Below, in pieces: positions 9,352-18,867 of a stretch of DNA of 64,000 nt (positions within the stretch are counted from its first letter, which is position 1; every line of letters starts with the position of its first letter). The notes under the pieces are model-generated. The model did no database searches. It saw only the letters and a program-made list of their open reading frames with translations, and was not told where the DNA came from. This DNA comes from a virus: the IMG/VR virus record IMGVR_UViG_3300019752_000005, positions 12,626 to 76,625 of that record. One strand, written 5' to 3'. The translations under genes and the position numbers were made by a program.

Positions 9352-9879
9352 CTAATTATCTTCTACCTTATCAACTTTATTTTTGCTCTCAATCTTTGGT
9401 TTCAAACAATAATACTTAAAAAACACCCCATCCCCCACAAGAGGATGGTAAAATAAAGATACTTTAGGATTAAAGATATCGCGCAATAAACCAATACCAT
9501 ATTGCTTAGGTAATTTAAAGCCAAATGTTTCCGCATAAAACCTGATAGTATCCCATGCTAGAAACTTAAATGTTTTATCTGGGTAATCATATTTAATATC
9601 AACCACTAACACACCACGTTTAACCTTATTTGTGTATAAGGTAATAGTGCTACCCTTGGGTAGTCTTGCACCGTTTTTAGGATCGGTATAATAACTCTCC
9701 ACGCTTGTTTTTAAGGCTTGAGGAAACTCACCATCAGAAAAGTCTTTACCATTATATGATAGTTTACCACTATCACCGTTAAGTGATTCTGTAGCTACAA
9801 AAATTCTATCACTGTTCAATTGACCGCTTGTTAGTGTTGCTGTTAACTTGTGTATAGTTCTATATCTATAGTCGCTCAT
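9352..9879 (-). CDS. hypothetical protein preceded by the CTATATTTTA motif
   Basis: AGGA RBS; CTATATTTTA (reverse complement) at 9921-9930; terminator-like hairpin at ~9317-9346. Confidence 0.65.
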   Translation of the reverse strand: MSDYRYRTIHKLTATLTSGQLNSDRIFVATESLNGDSGKLSYNGKDFSDGEFPQALKTSVESYYTDPKNGARLPKGSTITLYTNKVKRGVLVVDIKYDYPDKTFKFLAWDTIRFYAETFGFKLPKQYGIGLLRDIFNPKVSLFYHPLVGDGVFFKYYCLKPKIESKNKVDKVEDN

Positions 9880-9941
9880 AAGTATTCCTTTTGTTTAAGG
9901 ATGCACATCTATGCATCCTTTAAAATATAGGTTAGATTAGC

Positions 9942-11966
9942 CTAACGTATTGGACATACACCAGTTTTACACTCGTCATCATCGAGAATATCACCACCGT
10001 AGTTATCAATATCAAAAGGCTTAAGCTTTGCCTTATATGATTCGTAACGCTCTTTGGTCACCACCTCTTGTGGTAAGTAGCTATAACCTAGGTCACGGGC
10101 TGTCTTTGTTGGATCATTTCGGAAAATAAAGCTAACACCAATATAGAAATCCCAATTATCTATAAACCAATCTACAATATCCTGCACCTCACTAGCATCA
10201 TAGGAAACAGTAACAGATACATTTTGCTGACACCAATACCGCATGTATTTCTTGTATCGTTCCAATTGAGTGATAGCACTTTCAATATTTATTTCCATTC
10301 CATCAACGTTGGTAAAGTTGATATTATCATATTCAATTGGTACAGCTACAATCACAGATTCAGGCTCATTTGGTAGAGAGCTAACCTCATAACCGCTTTC
10401 TTTCAACGCTACCAACATTTCATCATGAATACTGTATTTGATATTATTGATAATATAGCGTCCAAGTGGTAAATGAACCCCTTCTGTTGTGTCCATACAC
10501 TTAGCCTGCGTCCCCGACGGCTTAACCGTAGTAACGTTTTTAGGGTACGGTGTTCCTAGTTCATCAGCCATTTTATACGCATGGTATGTGGCATGGCGTT
10601 GCAGTGATTCCAATTCGTAACATGATAAGTCATCACGCATTGCAATTCCAGTTAATCCAACGCCACACAACCGTAAATGGTCATTATTTAAATTCCAAGC
10701 TTCCTGTAGGATTCCATCATCTAAATTAACACATGTTTGTCGGTAATTCGCGCGTGACATTATCTCAATTGCTCGTTTCAGCCCAGCAGAATCACCAATA
10801 AATCGACTTACATTAACATCAACTAAGTTACAGAAGCCTTTATTGGGAAGAATAACTTCACCGCATGGATTAAAGCCAGCAGCCCACTCAGCACGTTCTC
10901 TAGCATGTTTAGCATTTAAGAATGCAGGTTCAGAACCACCACTTCGAACCATTAGATTGAAAATATCTTCTAATGTATCGCGCGTCGGTTTATCATGAAA
11001 TAATAAAGAGTTATTACTCTGCTCTCGATGTGAATTACCTTTTTCATACATACCTTCCTTAGCTGTTGCAAAAGAATACCATTCCTCGTCACCAAAATCC
11101 ATGATGGAAATTTCAGCACTACGTCGTGATGATAATGTTGTACCAAGCCAATTACATATATCTAAAATATCAATTTTTTTAAGCAATTCACCTGATCGCT
11201 TATTTAGAATTTGAGCAATATGTTCAAATGCTTTGGCAATTGATACATCACCACTACAAATCCAGCCATACCCTTTCAAACGTTCACCAGCAGGTCTGAC
11301 TTCTGAAAAATCTAACACCAGTTTTTTAGCTGGGTATCTATGCACTAATAATTTACCAATAGACTTAGCCCATGCTTTAGCAGAGTCACCTACTTTAATA
11401 GTCCAAACACCTGTTTTCTTATTAAATGTTTCTACGTTATCTTCATAACCTTTATCCTTGCGCGTACTTCTAACCACTTCAATTTCATTAATATGGCGTT
11501 TGAATCCTGTGAGTGTTCCAACTTCAGGTTTAAACCCTACACCACATCCTTGTAGTAATAACCAGAATAGATCAACGGCATCATAAACAGTGTTAAGTTG
11601 GGTGAAGGCGCAATTGAATTGCGTTGCTTCAATCAACTTACTTAAATCAGTACCACCCAGCCAAAGCGTTCTACCACTAACACCAGCTTTACCTTCCATG
11701 ATTAACTTGCCCATCTCAACAAGTTCTATGATTTGCGAGTTATTCAACTCCTTACCTAATGCGCGTTCCCAAAGCCACTTTTGATGCCGCAGTACTCTTA
11801 AAACCACATCTTTCTTTTTCTCAAAATCATTGAGATATGGGCGACAATAAGAACGCTTAAAAACAAGCTGAGCGCGGAATGATGGTTTGTATTCTGGTGT
11901 GTAATTTAGAATGTCTTCTAATGCAGCTTTTACAGTGGTTGGTTTCAAATTTAATTCCTTTTTCAT
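9942..11966 (-). CDS. nrdJ: class II (adenosylcobalamin-dependent, monomeric RTPR-type) ribonucleotide reductase
   Basis: SGRTLW, FNCAF, GCGVGF, RRSAEI, NPCGE, CNL, TTVKPSGT, and C-terminal CxxGxCPIR redox pair. Confidence 0.92.
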   Translation of the reverse strand: MKKELNLKPTTVKAALEDILNYTPEYKPSFRAQLVFKRSYCRPYLNDFEKKKDVVLRVLRHQKWLWERALGKELNNSQIIELVEMGKLIMEGKAGVSGRTLWLGGTDLSKLIEATQFNCAFTQLNTVYDAVDLFWLLLQGCGVGFKPEVGTLTGFKRHINEIEVVRSTRKDKGYEDNVETFNKKTGVWTIKVGDSAKAWAKSIGKLLVHRYPAKKLVLDFSEVRPAGERLKGYGWICSGDVSIAKAFEHIAQILNKRSGELLKKIDILDICNWLGTTLSSRRSAEISIMDFGDEEWYSFATAKEGMYEKGNSHREQSNNSLLFHDKPTRDTLEDIFNLMVRSGGSEPAFLNAKHARERAEWAAGFNPCGEVILPNKGFCNLVDVNVSRFIGDSAGLKRAIEIMSRANYRQTCVNLDDGILQEAWNLNNDHLRLCGVGLTGIAMRDDLSCYELESLQRHATYHAYKMADELGTPYPKNVTTVKPSGTQAKCMDTTEGVHLPLGRYIINNIKYSIHDEMLVALKESGYEVSSLPNEPESVIVAVPIEYDNINFTNVDGMEINIESAITQLERYKKYMRYWCQQNVSVTVSYDASEVQDIVDWFIDNWDFYIGVSFIFRNDPTKTARDLGYSYLPQEVVTKERYESYKAKLKPFDIDNYGGDILDDDECKTGVCPIR

Positions 11967-12135
11967 TTATAATAAGTCCGCAATAAGCTTTTGGTTATTG
12001 TTTTTCAAAACAACCTTCACATCTTCAAGCGTCTTGCTACCCTTAGTTAACGATAACAGTTCTTGTAGTTCGATATCTAGTGCGGGAAAAATTGTTTGCG
12101 CTTGAATAAGAGCGGTATATAATATTCTTTTTAAA

Positions 12136-12849
12136 CTATCCTGCTGCATAATCTCTCAACTTGCTGGCTAATTTTATGAACTTTTCAGGTGTAAAGTGTG
12201 AGTTAGTTAACTCATTGTAATCACCTTTATCAATAGATAAATTCCATTCGTAACCTGAACTTATAATATCACTGAGCTTGAGGTTTGGATTCCATTTACT
12301 CTTAACGTTATCTTCTTTAGGTGTAACTGATACATGGAACTTAATACCATAATCATTATGGTAGCACTTAGCTTTTAACACCCCATCAGTAAATTCCAAC
12401 GGTAAAGGTATATTCTTGGAATTCTTTTTTGCATACTTAGTTAAAATATCAGTTAGATCATTATAGGCGTTAGATGTAATAACACTTAATTCATCGCGAC
12501 CCATGTTAAATCTAATTGTAATGCCAATATTGAAATCATGAACCTCATTAAAACTAACTAGGTCAATGTATTCCCATTTATCACCAGTACTATTAACGCC
12601 TTTAACATGATTAACATCTTTCACTACACAGCCGATAAGGTTACTCTTATCCCCATAAATTCTCTCAATAAATCCACCTTCATTGTTTTGCTGTTTGTAG
12701 TTTGATTTTATCTTGCAATAGTAATTATCTTTGCAATAAACAACAATTCCATGATTCCCCTCAAGAATATCAATAGAGGTGATTACTTTACCTTTAATCT
12801 CATTCAACAATCTTTTGTCTCCATCCCTTACCAACAGGTTCATCTGCAT
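12136..12849 (-). CDS. hypothetical protein; N-terminus is a degenerate homolog of the C-terminal domain of 60962-61789
   Basis: GKVITSIDIL...IERIYGDKSNLIG..W versus GKKLIKIEGL...LVDFEGDAELFVG..W. Confidence 0.55.
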   Translation of the reverse strand: MQMNLLVRDGDKRLLNEIKGKVITSIDILEGNHGIVVYCKDNYYCKIKSNYKQQNNEGGFIERIYGDKSNLIGCVVKDVNHVKGVNSTGDKWEYIDLVSFNEVHDFNIGITIRFNMGRDELSVITSNAYNDLTDILTKYAKKNSKNIPLPLEFTDGVLKAKCYHNDYGIKFHVSVTPKEDNVKSKWNPNLKLSDIISSGYEWNLSIDKGDYNELTNSHFTPEKFIKLASKLRDYAAG

Positions 12850-13006
12850 TTATTAATACATTAATCGCAGCATCAATCTCATTATCCCCATAACTGATAC
12901 ACCCGTTAAACTCAGCCTTCCACTGCTCACTGACTCTCGTTATATGGATCGTAATTTGTTTTTTCTTAGGTTTTGTTTTTGTGTGGTTCATATTCTCTTC
13001 TTGCAT
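12800..13006 (-). CDS. HicB-like (RNase H-like fold) small protein
   Basis: ITIHI...WKAEFNGCISYGDNEIDAAINV resembles the HicB N-domain pattern. Confidence 0.45.
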   Translation of the reverse strand: MQEENMNHTKTKPKKKQITIHITRVSEQWKAEFNGCISYGDNEIDAAINVLINADEPVGKGWRQKIVE

Positions 13007-13122
13007 TAAAAAGGTAACACCTATTTTATTTATCGGTAAGCTAATTAAATGTAGTGCTTATAATAAATAAATTTATTACAAACATCAATCAATTATTATA
13101 CACGAAACACTTGAATGTTCAA

Positions 13123-14253
13123 CTAAATCTGAATAGGCATAATGATGTGCTTCACGGATTTGTTAGTGTAACCGTGCACTGATACAAATGTTTTAGGGGA
13201 ATCACAGTTCATTACAATTTCATCATCATCTATTGCTAACAAAGCTTGCTTTAAATACTTAAAGTTAAAACCAATAGTCATTGAGCTAATACCATCACTA
13301 ATAAACTCAACACCAATATTATCATTAGCTTTTTCATTGCTTGAATTAGCCATACTGATATCAAACTCATCTAACCTCATGTTGATTACCAATCTCTGAG
13401 AACGTTGGTCTTTATCTCCAAGTGCAACAATACTCACCTTATTAATGGCTTGTAATAATAAAGCTCTCTTGCACTTATAAATACTATTAAATTGTTTATT
13501 TATAAAAAGCTCAATATCAGCAAACTTTTCATTTATCATTCTAGTTATTATTTTTGTGTTAGGTGTGCTAAAACTAGCATTGTTTTCACTTAACCTCATA
13601 TCAACATCACCATCGCAAGATGATAGCATTTTACTTAATTCACCTACAGAATCGTAAGGTATTAAGCATTCAATGTTATCATTAGAATCACCTGTAGCCA
13701 AGTTAAAACCAGTGACAGATAATCTATGACCATCGGTTGCAGAGCATCTAACTGAATTATCTTTTGCATTTAACATAACACAAGAGTAAAAGTTTTTTTC
13801 TCCATTCTTCATTATAATAAAGGATACATTACTTATCATCTTTAAAAGGAGATCACTATTAATTGATATTGTATTGGAGTCAACATCATCACGAAGCTCT
13901 GGGAAATCTGAGAAAGGTAACGTTTCCAAAGAGAAGGTAGAGCTATCTGAATTTACGATTACTCTGCCATTATCATCATGTAATTCCATAAATTCACTAA
14001 CATTACTTTGTGCAATCTTATGTAATTTATCTGCATTAACAGTTTTATCTATCCATTTCCCACCATTATTGATAATACCTACATCCACTGAAACTTGCAT
14101 TATGTTATTCAAGGCAAGCAGGGTAAGCTTGTTAGATCTTACAACTAATGCAACATTAGCACTAATACCTTCACCGCCAGTGACACCCACACACTTTTTT
14201 AATGCGGTACTAAGTTCTTTCCCACTAACTTTAAAATTTAACTTTTCTTCCAT
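13123..14253 (-). CDS. dnaN: DNA polymerase III beta sliding clamp
   Basis: 376 aa; DFP, ATDGHRL, IGFNFKYL, and C-terminal IIMPIQI clamp motifs. Confidence 0.92.
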   Translation of the reverse strand: MEEKLNFKVSGKELSTALKKCVGVTGGEGISANVALVVRSNKLTLLALNNIMQVSVDVGIINNGGKWIDKTVNADKLHKIAQSNVSEFMELHDDNGRVIVNSDSSTFSLETLPFSDFPELRDDVDSNTISINSDLLLKMISNVSFIIMKNGEKNFYSCVMLNAKDNSVRCSATDGHRLSVTGFNLATGDSNDNIECLIPYDSVGELSKMLSSCDGDVDMRLSENNASFSTPNTKIITRMINEKFADIELFINKQFNSIYKCKRALLLQAINKVSIVALGDKDQRSQRLVINMRLDEFDISMANSSNEKANDNIGVEFISDGISSMTIGFNFKYLKQALLAIDDDEIVMNCDSPKTFVSVHGYTNKSVKHIIMPIQI

Positions 14254-14319
14254 AATAAAAACCTATTTACCTTTAAAAAATAAAAAAGGGTTAAACTAAA
14301 TATTTAACCCTGTGGAAAC

Positions 14320-15795
14320 CTAACCAATAATATTTTGTTCTTGCATTAATTTGATACGTCTACCCACTGTTTGGGGTGATGCTCCAATTTCTTCTGCAAT
14401 TTGTTTATTATTTAAACCCATTTGTTTAAGTTCTAATATCCGTTCATTAGAGTATTTACCTCTACCACGCTCAATACGTACAGCAGGAGTTTGATCAATA
14501 TTCGCCATAAAACCAATACCACGGCTTGGCTCAGGCGAAGGTTTATTAGAGATTCTTTCTATATTACCACAAAATTGTGCTTTTGCAGGTGCGTTAGATT
14601 TCCCATGTTGAGCTACAACTGTTTTACCTGATAATGTTTTCGTGTTTCGTGTCCTTGAAAACCATGATCTAACTTTACTTACTGTATCGTCCAGCACAGT
14701 ATTTTCATTAATTTTCTTTTTCCGACTAGTATCAGCTTTGCTCAATTGAAGTACCATATTTCCACCCATAGAATGAATAACGATAAATAGCACAGAAACA
14801 AATACAAGCAAAGCTTGCGATGTTCTTAACTCATTGATATGTATACCTACCATACCAGTGAATATATTAATGAAGTCATTAAATACTTCATATTTTGTTT
14901 TATTGTTATTATTGCTTTCACCATAACCCACAGATTCGCCACTAACAACAGCATTTTTTTGCGCCTTATTCACCTCTTTTTTCAATTCTTGGTGTTTAGT
15001 ATTTAACGTTAATAAATACGATTTACTCGAAATATCCTTGTTAATAGATATAACATCAGGGTTTTTTGAGTTAACTGGGTTTAGGGATTCCATTTCAGAC
15101 CAAGCTTGTTGTAGTTCAGCCTGATACCTTTTAGCAACACCACGAAAATCTTTATTTATTATTGAAGACCCATCCTTAGATAATATTTCCGAAACCAGTT
15201 TACTGGAAAACTCGCCAGCACTATTATTGGCTTTTTTATTTAAAATAGAATTATACACAATAATAGCCTCCTGATGTTTTTTTGTTTGCTCACTTAATAA
15301 TGACTTTCTTTTCAACTCAAGTTCTGATATTGATTGACTAGCTTGAGCAATATCTATTAATTTCGATTTATTTAAAGTTTCAAAATCCTTTAAGTCACTC
15401 CTAGCCTGTTCTAAATCTATTCTAGCCAGCTTAGCTTCTACCGAGTTGGCTGCCGCTTCTTTATTTGATGTATGGTAAACATCTCCAAAATAAATAAACA
15501 TACCCATAACTGATAAAGCAAAGAAGGAAAAGTAGATAAATTTATATATACTAGCAAAAAAGTATTCACCATCTTCATCAGCCTTAAATGCAGCTTCAAA
15601 TAGGTACGGTCTATAAACCACCATATATAAAGCCATACCAATAAAAATTGCCTGAGCGGCAAATTCATTTGATGATAGTTTAGACCAAGCTTGTATTTCA
15701 ATCCACCCTAAACCAAGACCTAATATAAAGTTACCTATGCTAACTTTATTTAATTTTTTATCCTTTTTTCTTTCTTTTAAAGACTTCTTTCTCAC
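14320..15795 (-). CDS. multi-TM, coiled-coil protein with C-terminal HTH
   Basis: 3 N-terminal TMs, coiled coil, a further TM, then ILELKQMGLNNKQIAEEIGASPQTVGRRI. Confidence 0.7.
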   Translation of the reverse strand: MRKKSLKERKKDKKLNKVSIGNFILGLGLGWIEIQAWSKLSSNEFAAQAIFIGMALYMVVYRPYLFEAAFKADEDGEYFFASIYKFIYFSFFALSVMGMFIYFGDVYHTSNKEAAANSVEAKLARIDLEQARSDLKDFETLNKSKLIDIAQASQSISELELKRKSLLSEQTKKHQEAIIVYNSILNKKANNSAGEFSSKLVSEILSKDGSSIINKDFRGVAKRYQAELQQAWSEMESLNPVNSKNPDVISINKDISSKSYLLTLNTKHQELKKEVNKAQKNAVVSGESVGYGESNNNNKTKYEVFNDFINIFTGMVGIHINELRTSQALLVFVSVLFIVIHSMGGNMVLQLSKADTSRKKKINENTVLDDTVSKVRSWFSRTRNTKTLSGKTVVAQHGKSNAPAKAQFCGNIERISNKPSPEPSRGIGFMANIDQTPAVRIERGRGKYSNERILELKQMGLNNKQIAEEIGASPQTVGRRIKLMQEQNIIG

Positions 15796-15806
15796 TACAT
15801 AATCCC

Positions 15807-17075
15807 CTAATAATTAATTGTTGATTCTAACTTAAGCCACTCGTCGGCTATACTATCATTATAAAATTGAACATGAATATGCCCACCTGTTGCCTTACTA
15901 CTTGGGAACCTGTATTCATCCAACACAGTAACACATTTACCCTTACGCTTTGTTTCACAGAAACCTTTAAAATAATTCTTTATCATATCCGTAACCTCTT
16001 TGCTTTTATGTTTGTTAGTGATAATAAGATCAATAGCTAATCCTTTACGATGCTTGCTATTATTATTGTATTTCCAATGGTGACCGTCATTAAACGCACT
16101 AAACCATTTCAACTTATCACCTAAATCCTTTTGTATTTTGTGAGCTAAATGAGTGATAGCTAGATGATGTTTCCCACCTTCGTATGCTTCAGGACTATTA
16201 ATTTTTAATCCTTTTAATGTTTTATTGAAGTTATGGTTTAACCAGTTGTTAGTAATAGTTTTAACATAATTAATTGTTTCAGGGTATTTTGTTAGTGCCC
16301 CTCTTTTCACACCTTGTAATCCTGCATTATACGAACCTAACGCATGTCTAACCGCTTTAACGTGATCCGATGGAAACTCTTTATCCCAAATAACCAATAA
16401 GTGCTTGAATATAGTTGCTCCACAAGTCAAGCTGGTATCAACATCAAATAGCTTATTGGCATCATCAATACCACAACCACCATTAGCTACTGAGTCTTTA
16501 GCTGTAGATGGTAGTACCTGAGTTAACCCTCTTGCACCAGCTTTACTAATAGCTCTTGGGGAAAAGATACTTTCTTTATGGATTAGGTAATGAAACAATA
16601 TTGGGTCAATACCATACTGTCTAGCCACTAACTCAGCTTTTAATTTATTCTTCTTTAGATTTAATTCAAAATATTCTGGTAAACCAGCATAATTATAGAT
16701 TGCATTGTTTAACGCTCTCCCCTTTTGATCACCTTGATATAATCTACCTTTTGCTGAATCCTTTACAACCAAGGCAGCATCAATCACATCTGGTGTTAAG
16801 TGTGGGTGCTCGTTCTTAATCTTATTCATTTTATCCTCAATTAAAGCAATCTGTTTTTTTAAATTGGATAAATCGCTATCAATCACTTTAACTTTCCATT
16901 CTTTATTCTCAACCTTTATCTTATGTGGTATATCTTCACCCGCAAGATATACAGCTAAAACTAGGATGCATGGCATCCCAACACTAAATATTCCACCATA
17001 AATACTTTTTGATTTCAGAAATGTATAGGATGCCCATGCTACAAACAAAATCCCTAATACAATTTTTAACCACAT
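15807..17075 (-). CDS. membrane-anchored lysin: SLT lytic transglycosylase plus M15-like Zn peptidase
   Basis: N-terminal TMs. SLT motifs IHKES, GARGLTQV, ALGSYNAG, PETINYV. C-terminal SKHRKGLAID...GHIHV. Confidence 0.8.
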   Translation of the reverse strand: MWLKIVLGILFVAWASYTFLKSKSIYGGIFSVGMPCILVLAVYLAGEDIPHKIKVENKEWKVKVIDSDLSNLKKQIALIEDKMNKIKNEHPHLTPDVIDAALVVKDSAKGRLYQGDQKGRALNNAIYNYAGLPEYFELNLKKNKLKAELVARQYGIDPILFHYLIHKESIFSPRAISKAGARGLTQVLPSTAKDSVANGGCGIDDANKLFDVDTSLTCGATIFKHLLVIWDKEFPSDHVKAVRHALGSYNAGLQGVKRGALTKYPETINYVKTITNNWLNHNFNKTLKGLKINSPEAYEGGKHHLAITHLAHKIQKDLGDKLKWFSAFNDGHHWKYNNNSKHRKGLAIDLIITNKHKSKEVTDMIKNYFKGFCETKRKGKCVTVLDEYRFPSSKATGGHIHVQFYNDSIADEWLKLESTINY

Positions 17076-17458
17076 TTCACAGCCTTTATTTGTTCTGATA
17101 GTTTATTTAAGTACTTTACTGTAGCCCTCTCATCATTAGCACCTAAATCATTCTCCTTAACTCTATTAATATTATCTTCAACACCCATATATAAACCAGT
17201 GAGAAATTCAGAAAAAAGAGTTTTAAAGTTTTTATTTCCACTTAAGGAACTATGATAACCAGCTAGCCCTTTTACATATTTTATTGGGTTACCATCATCA
17301 CTATATCCGCTTTGTGTTATAGCACTTCTCCGTACATCAAAAGCTACAATAGAACCCCTTAGCATTGCTCCAATTTCATCATAACAATCGACATTATTAT
17401 CAGCAGATAAATTTAATGGAGCTAAAAGTACCACCACAAATAAAACCATCTTATTCAC
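17066..17458 (-). CDS. secreted/periplasmic protein
   Basis: Signal peptide MNKMVLFVVVLLAPLNLSA. Confidence 0.6.
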   Translation of the reverse strand: MNKMVLFVVVLLAPLNLSADNNVDCYDEIGAMLRGSIVAFDVRRSAITQSGYSDDGNPIKYVKGLAGYHSSLSGNKNFKTLFSEFLTGLYMGVEDNINRVKENDLGANDERATVKYLNKLSEQIKAVKCG

Positions 17459-17784
17459 ATTATCATCCTTCTAACTAATTCCAAAATTCCAATATTTTCA
17501 CCAGCAATTAACATCATAACTACCATCTTTAATATATCAGCCACAGTTGTCACGATTAGCATCAGTAGTATAACATTTAGCCAATGTAGTACCACATCAA
17601 CTATGGAAAGGAATTTTCCATATCTTGTGGAATTATTAAACCCGCTTTTAGCTTTGTTGGAATAATTCCTTATATCATTTATAAATATTTTGGAATCACG
17701 TTTCCATCTATCATAAAACAACCTAAACCATGATCTATCTTTAACTGGTACCTGCTGGTTCTTATTTGTCTTTTTCTTTGACAT
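17455..17784 (-). CDS. membrane protein (holin-like candidate)
   Basis: Basic N-terminus, long C-terminal hydrophobic segment; first gene of the lysin operon. Confidence 0.45.
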   Translation of the reverse strand: MSKKKTNKNQQVPVKDRSWFRLFYDRWKRDSKIFINDIRNYSNKAKSGFNNSTRYGKFLSIVDVVLHWLNVILLMLIVTTVADILKMVVMMLIAGENIGILELVRRMIM

Positions 17785-18438
17785 TAAATAAACCTAAATG
17801 TTATATTGGAAGCAACCAACACTTGAAAGTTGATTCCAATATTGTTAACAGATCATTGCATGGAATTATACCAACTTTTCAATTCCAAAGTCAATATTTT
17901 TATGGAATTAAATTCCATAACTTTTACTTATGGTTTTGTAGCGGAATCGTTATACATGGAATCGCTTATATAACAATGAGTTGTATTATAGAATTCCATT
18001 TAATATGGAATATTCCACTATATTTTATATTTTAGAAGGAATTCCATAATGCCGATTCCATTGGAAGTATTCAATAATGCGCGTGATATAGTGCATGAAC
18101 AGTTTAGTAACTTTGATCATAGTTGCGTTTTAAAATTCCATCAAGATAGCACATTTAATATCGAAACAGGAAAGGAGGAAGCGATAGGTGTGCAGTCTTA
18201 TGAATTTAAAGCTAAGAGGTTTAACTACACCAAGAAGGAGATGAATGACTTTAATTTTTCTGTATCAGATTTTAAGTTAAATGTTAATTTTGATTCCATT
18301 CCACTGGAACTACAGAACGTAATCAAAGATAAGAATGATTCCAACAAAATAATCCAGGTTGGAACTGTGGTTGTTGATGATGATTTGGTTATGCAGGTTG
18401 AAGATATAGTTGTGTTACCAAAATACATAAACATGGAA
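17479..18438. repeat. dense field of TGGAA/TTCCA pentamers (~28 copies, both orientations)
   Basis: Manual count. Includes palindromes TGGAATATTCCA (18006-18017), TATGGAAT-taa-ATTCCATA (17901-17919) and TTCCATTGGAA (18056-18066). Confidence 0.8.
18018..18027 (+). promoter_or_regulatory. putative late-promoter motif CTATATTTTA
   Basis: Identical 10-mer upstream of the head-closure-like gene, TerS and portal. Confidence 0.55.
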
Positions 18439-18459
18439 ATATTTCTTAGGCAGCAATAA
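18049..18459 (+). CDS. putative head-closure/head-tail connector protein
   Basis: 136 aa, beta-rich; TFNIETG...NYTKKE...SDFK pattern and C-terminal EIFLRQ typical of siphovirus stopper proteins. Confidence 0.5.
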   Translation: MPIPLEVFNNARDIVHEQFSNFDHSCVLKFHQDSTFNIETGKEEAIGVQSYEFKAKRFNYTKKEMNDFNFSVSDFKLNVNFDSIPLELQNVIKDKNDSNKIIQVGTVVVDDDLVMQVEDIVVLPKYINMEIFLRQQ

Positions 18460-18470
18460 ATTTTAGGTAT

Positions 18471-18498
18471 AAAAAAACCTCAATTAAGAGGTTTTTTT
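18471..18498. terminator. bidirectional intrinsic terminator
   Basis: A7-CCTC-aattaa-GAGG-T7 between convergent genes. Confidence 0.85.
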
Positions 18499-18519
18499 GC
18501 AGTCTAACTAATTAAGCTT

Positions 18520-18840
18520 TTAATAAATCCAGCCATCATCAGTTGGTTGATAATGACCGCGCATTTTGTAGATGTCAATAAATTCATCTACCAAACAAAC
18601 CAACTCAGGATCACAATCATGCATTATTTTAACTTCTGGTAAAGGCATGTATTCCACATCAAGCTTGCTTAACTTAACATCACAATCAAGTAAATCAACT
18701 TGCTTTTTACCATCCAAAATATCATAAGGATTAATGTCACCGCTAATATGCTTTAAACTTAAACCACTAAAGTCTGGTTTGTAATTCCAATCAGTTTTGC
18801 GTTGTTCTGCTAATACTTCGTTTGTTGCAAATGTTGGCAT
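18520..18840 (-). CDS. hypothetical protein
   Basis: AAGGA RBS; upstream CTATATTAA variant. Confidence 0.6.
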   Translation of the reverse strand: MPTFATNEVLAEQRKTDWNYKPDFSGLSLKHISGDINPYDILDGKKQVDLLDCDVKLSKLDVEYMPLPEVKIMHDCDPELVCLVDEFIDIYKMRGHYQPTDDGWIY

Positions 18841-18867
18841 GGTATATTCCTTAATATAGGTTTAGGG

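Noticed and set aside
17766-18035. 89-aa + strand ORF
   Set aside because: TTG start with no RBS, overlaps the opposite gene start, and its composition simply reflects the pentamer array.
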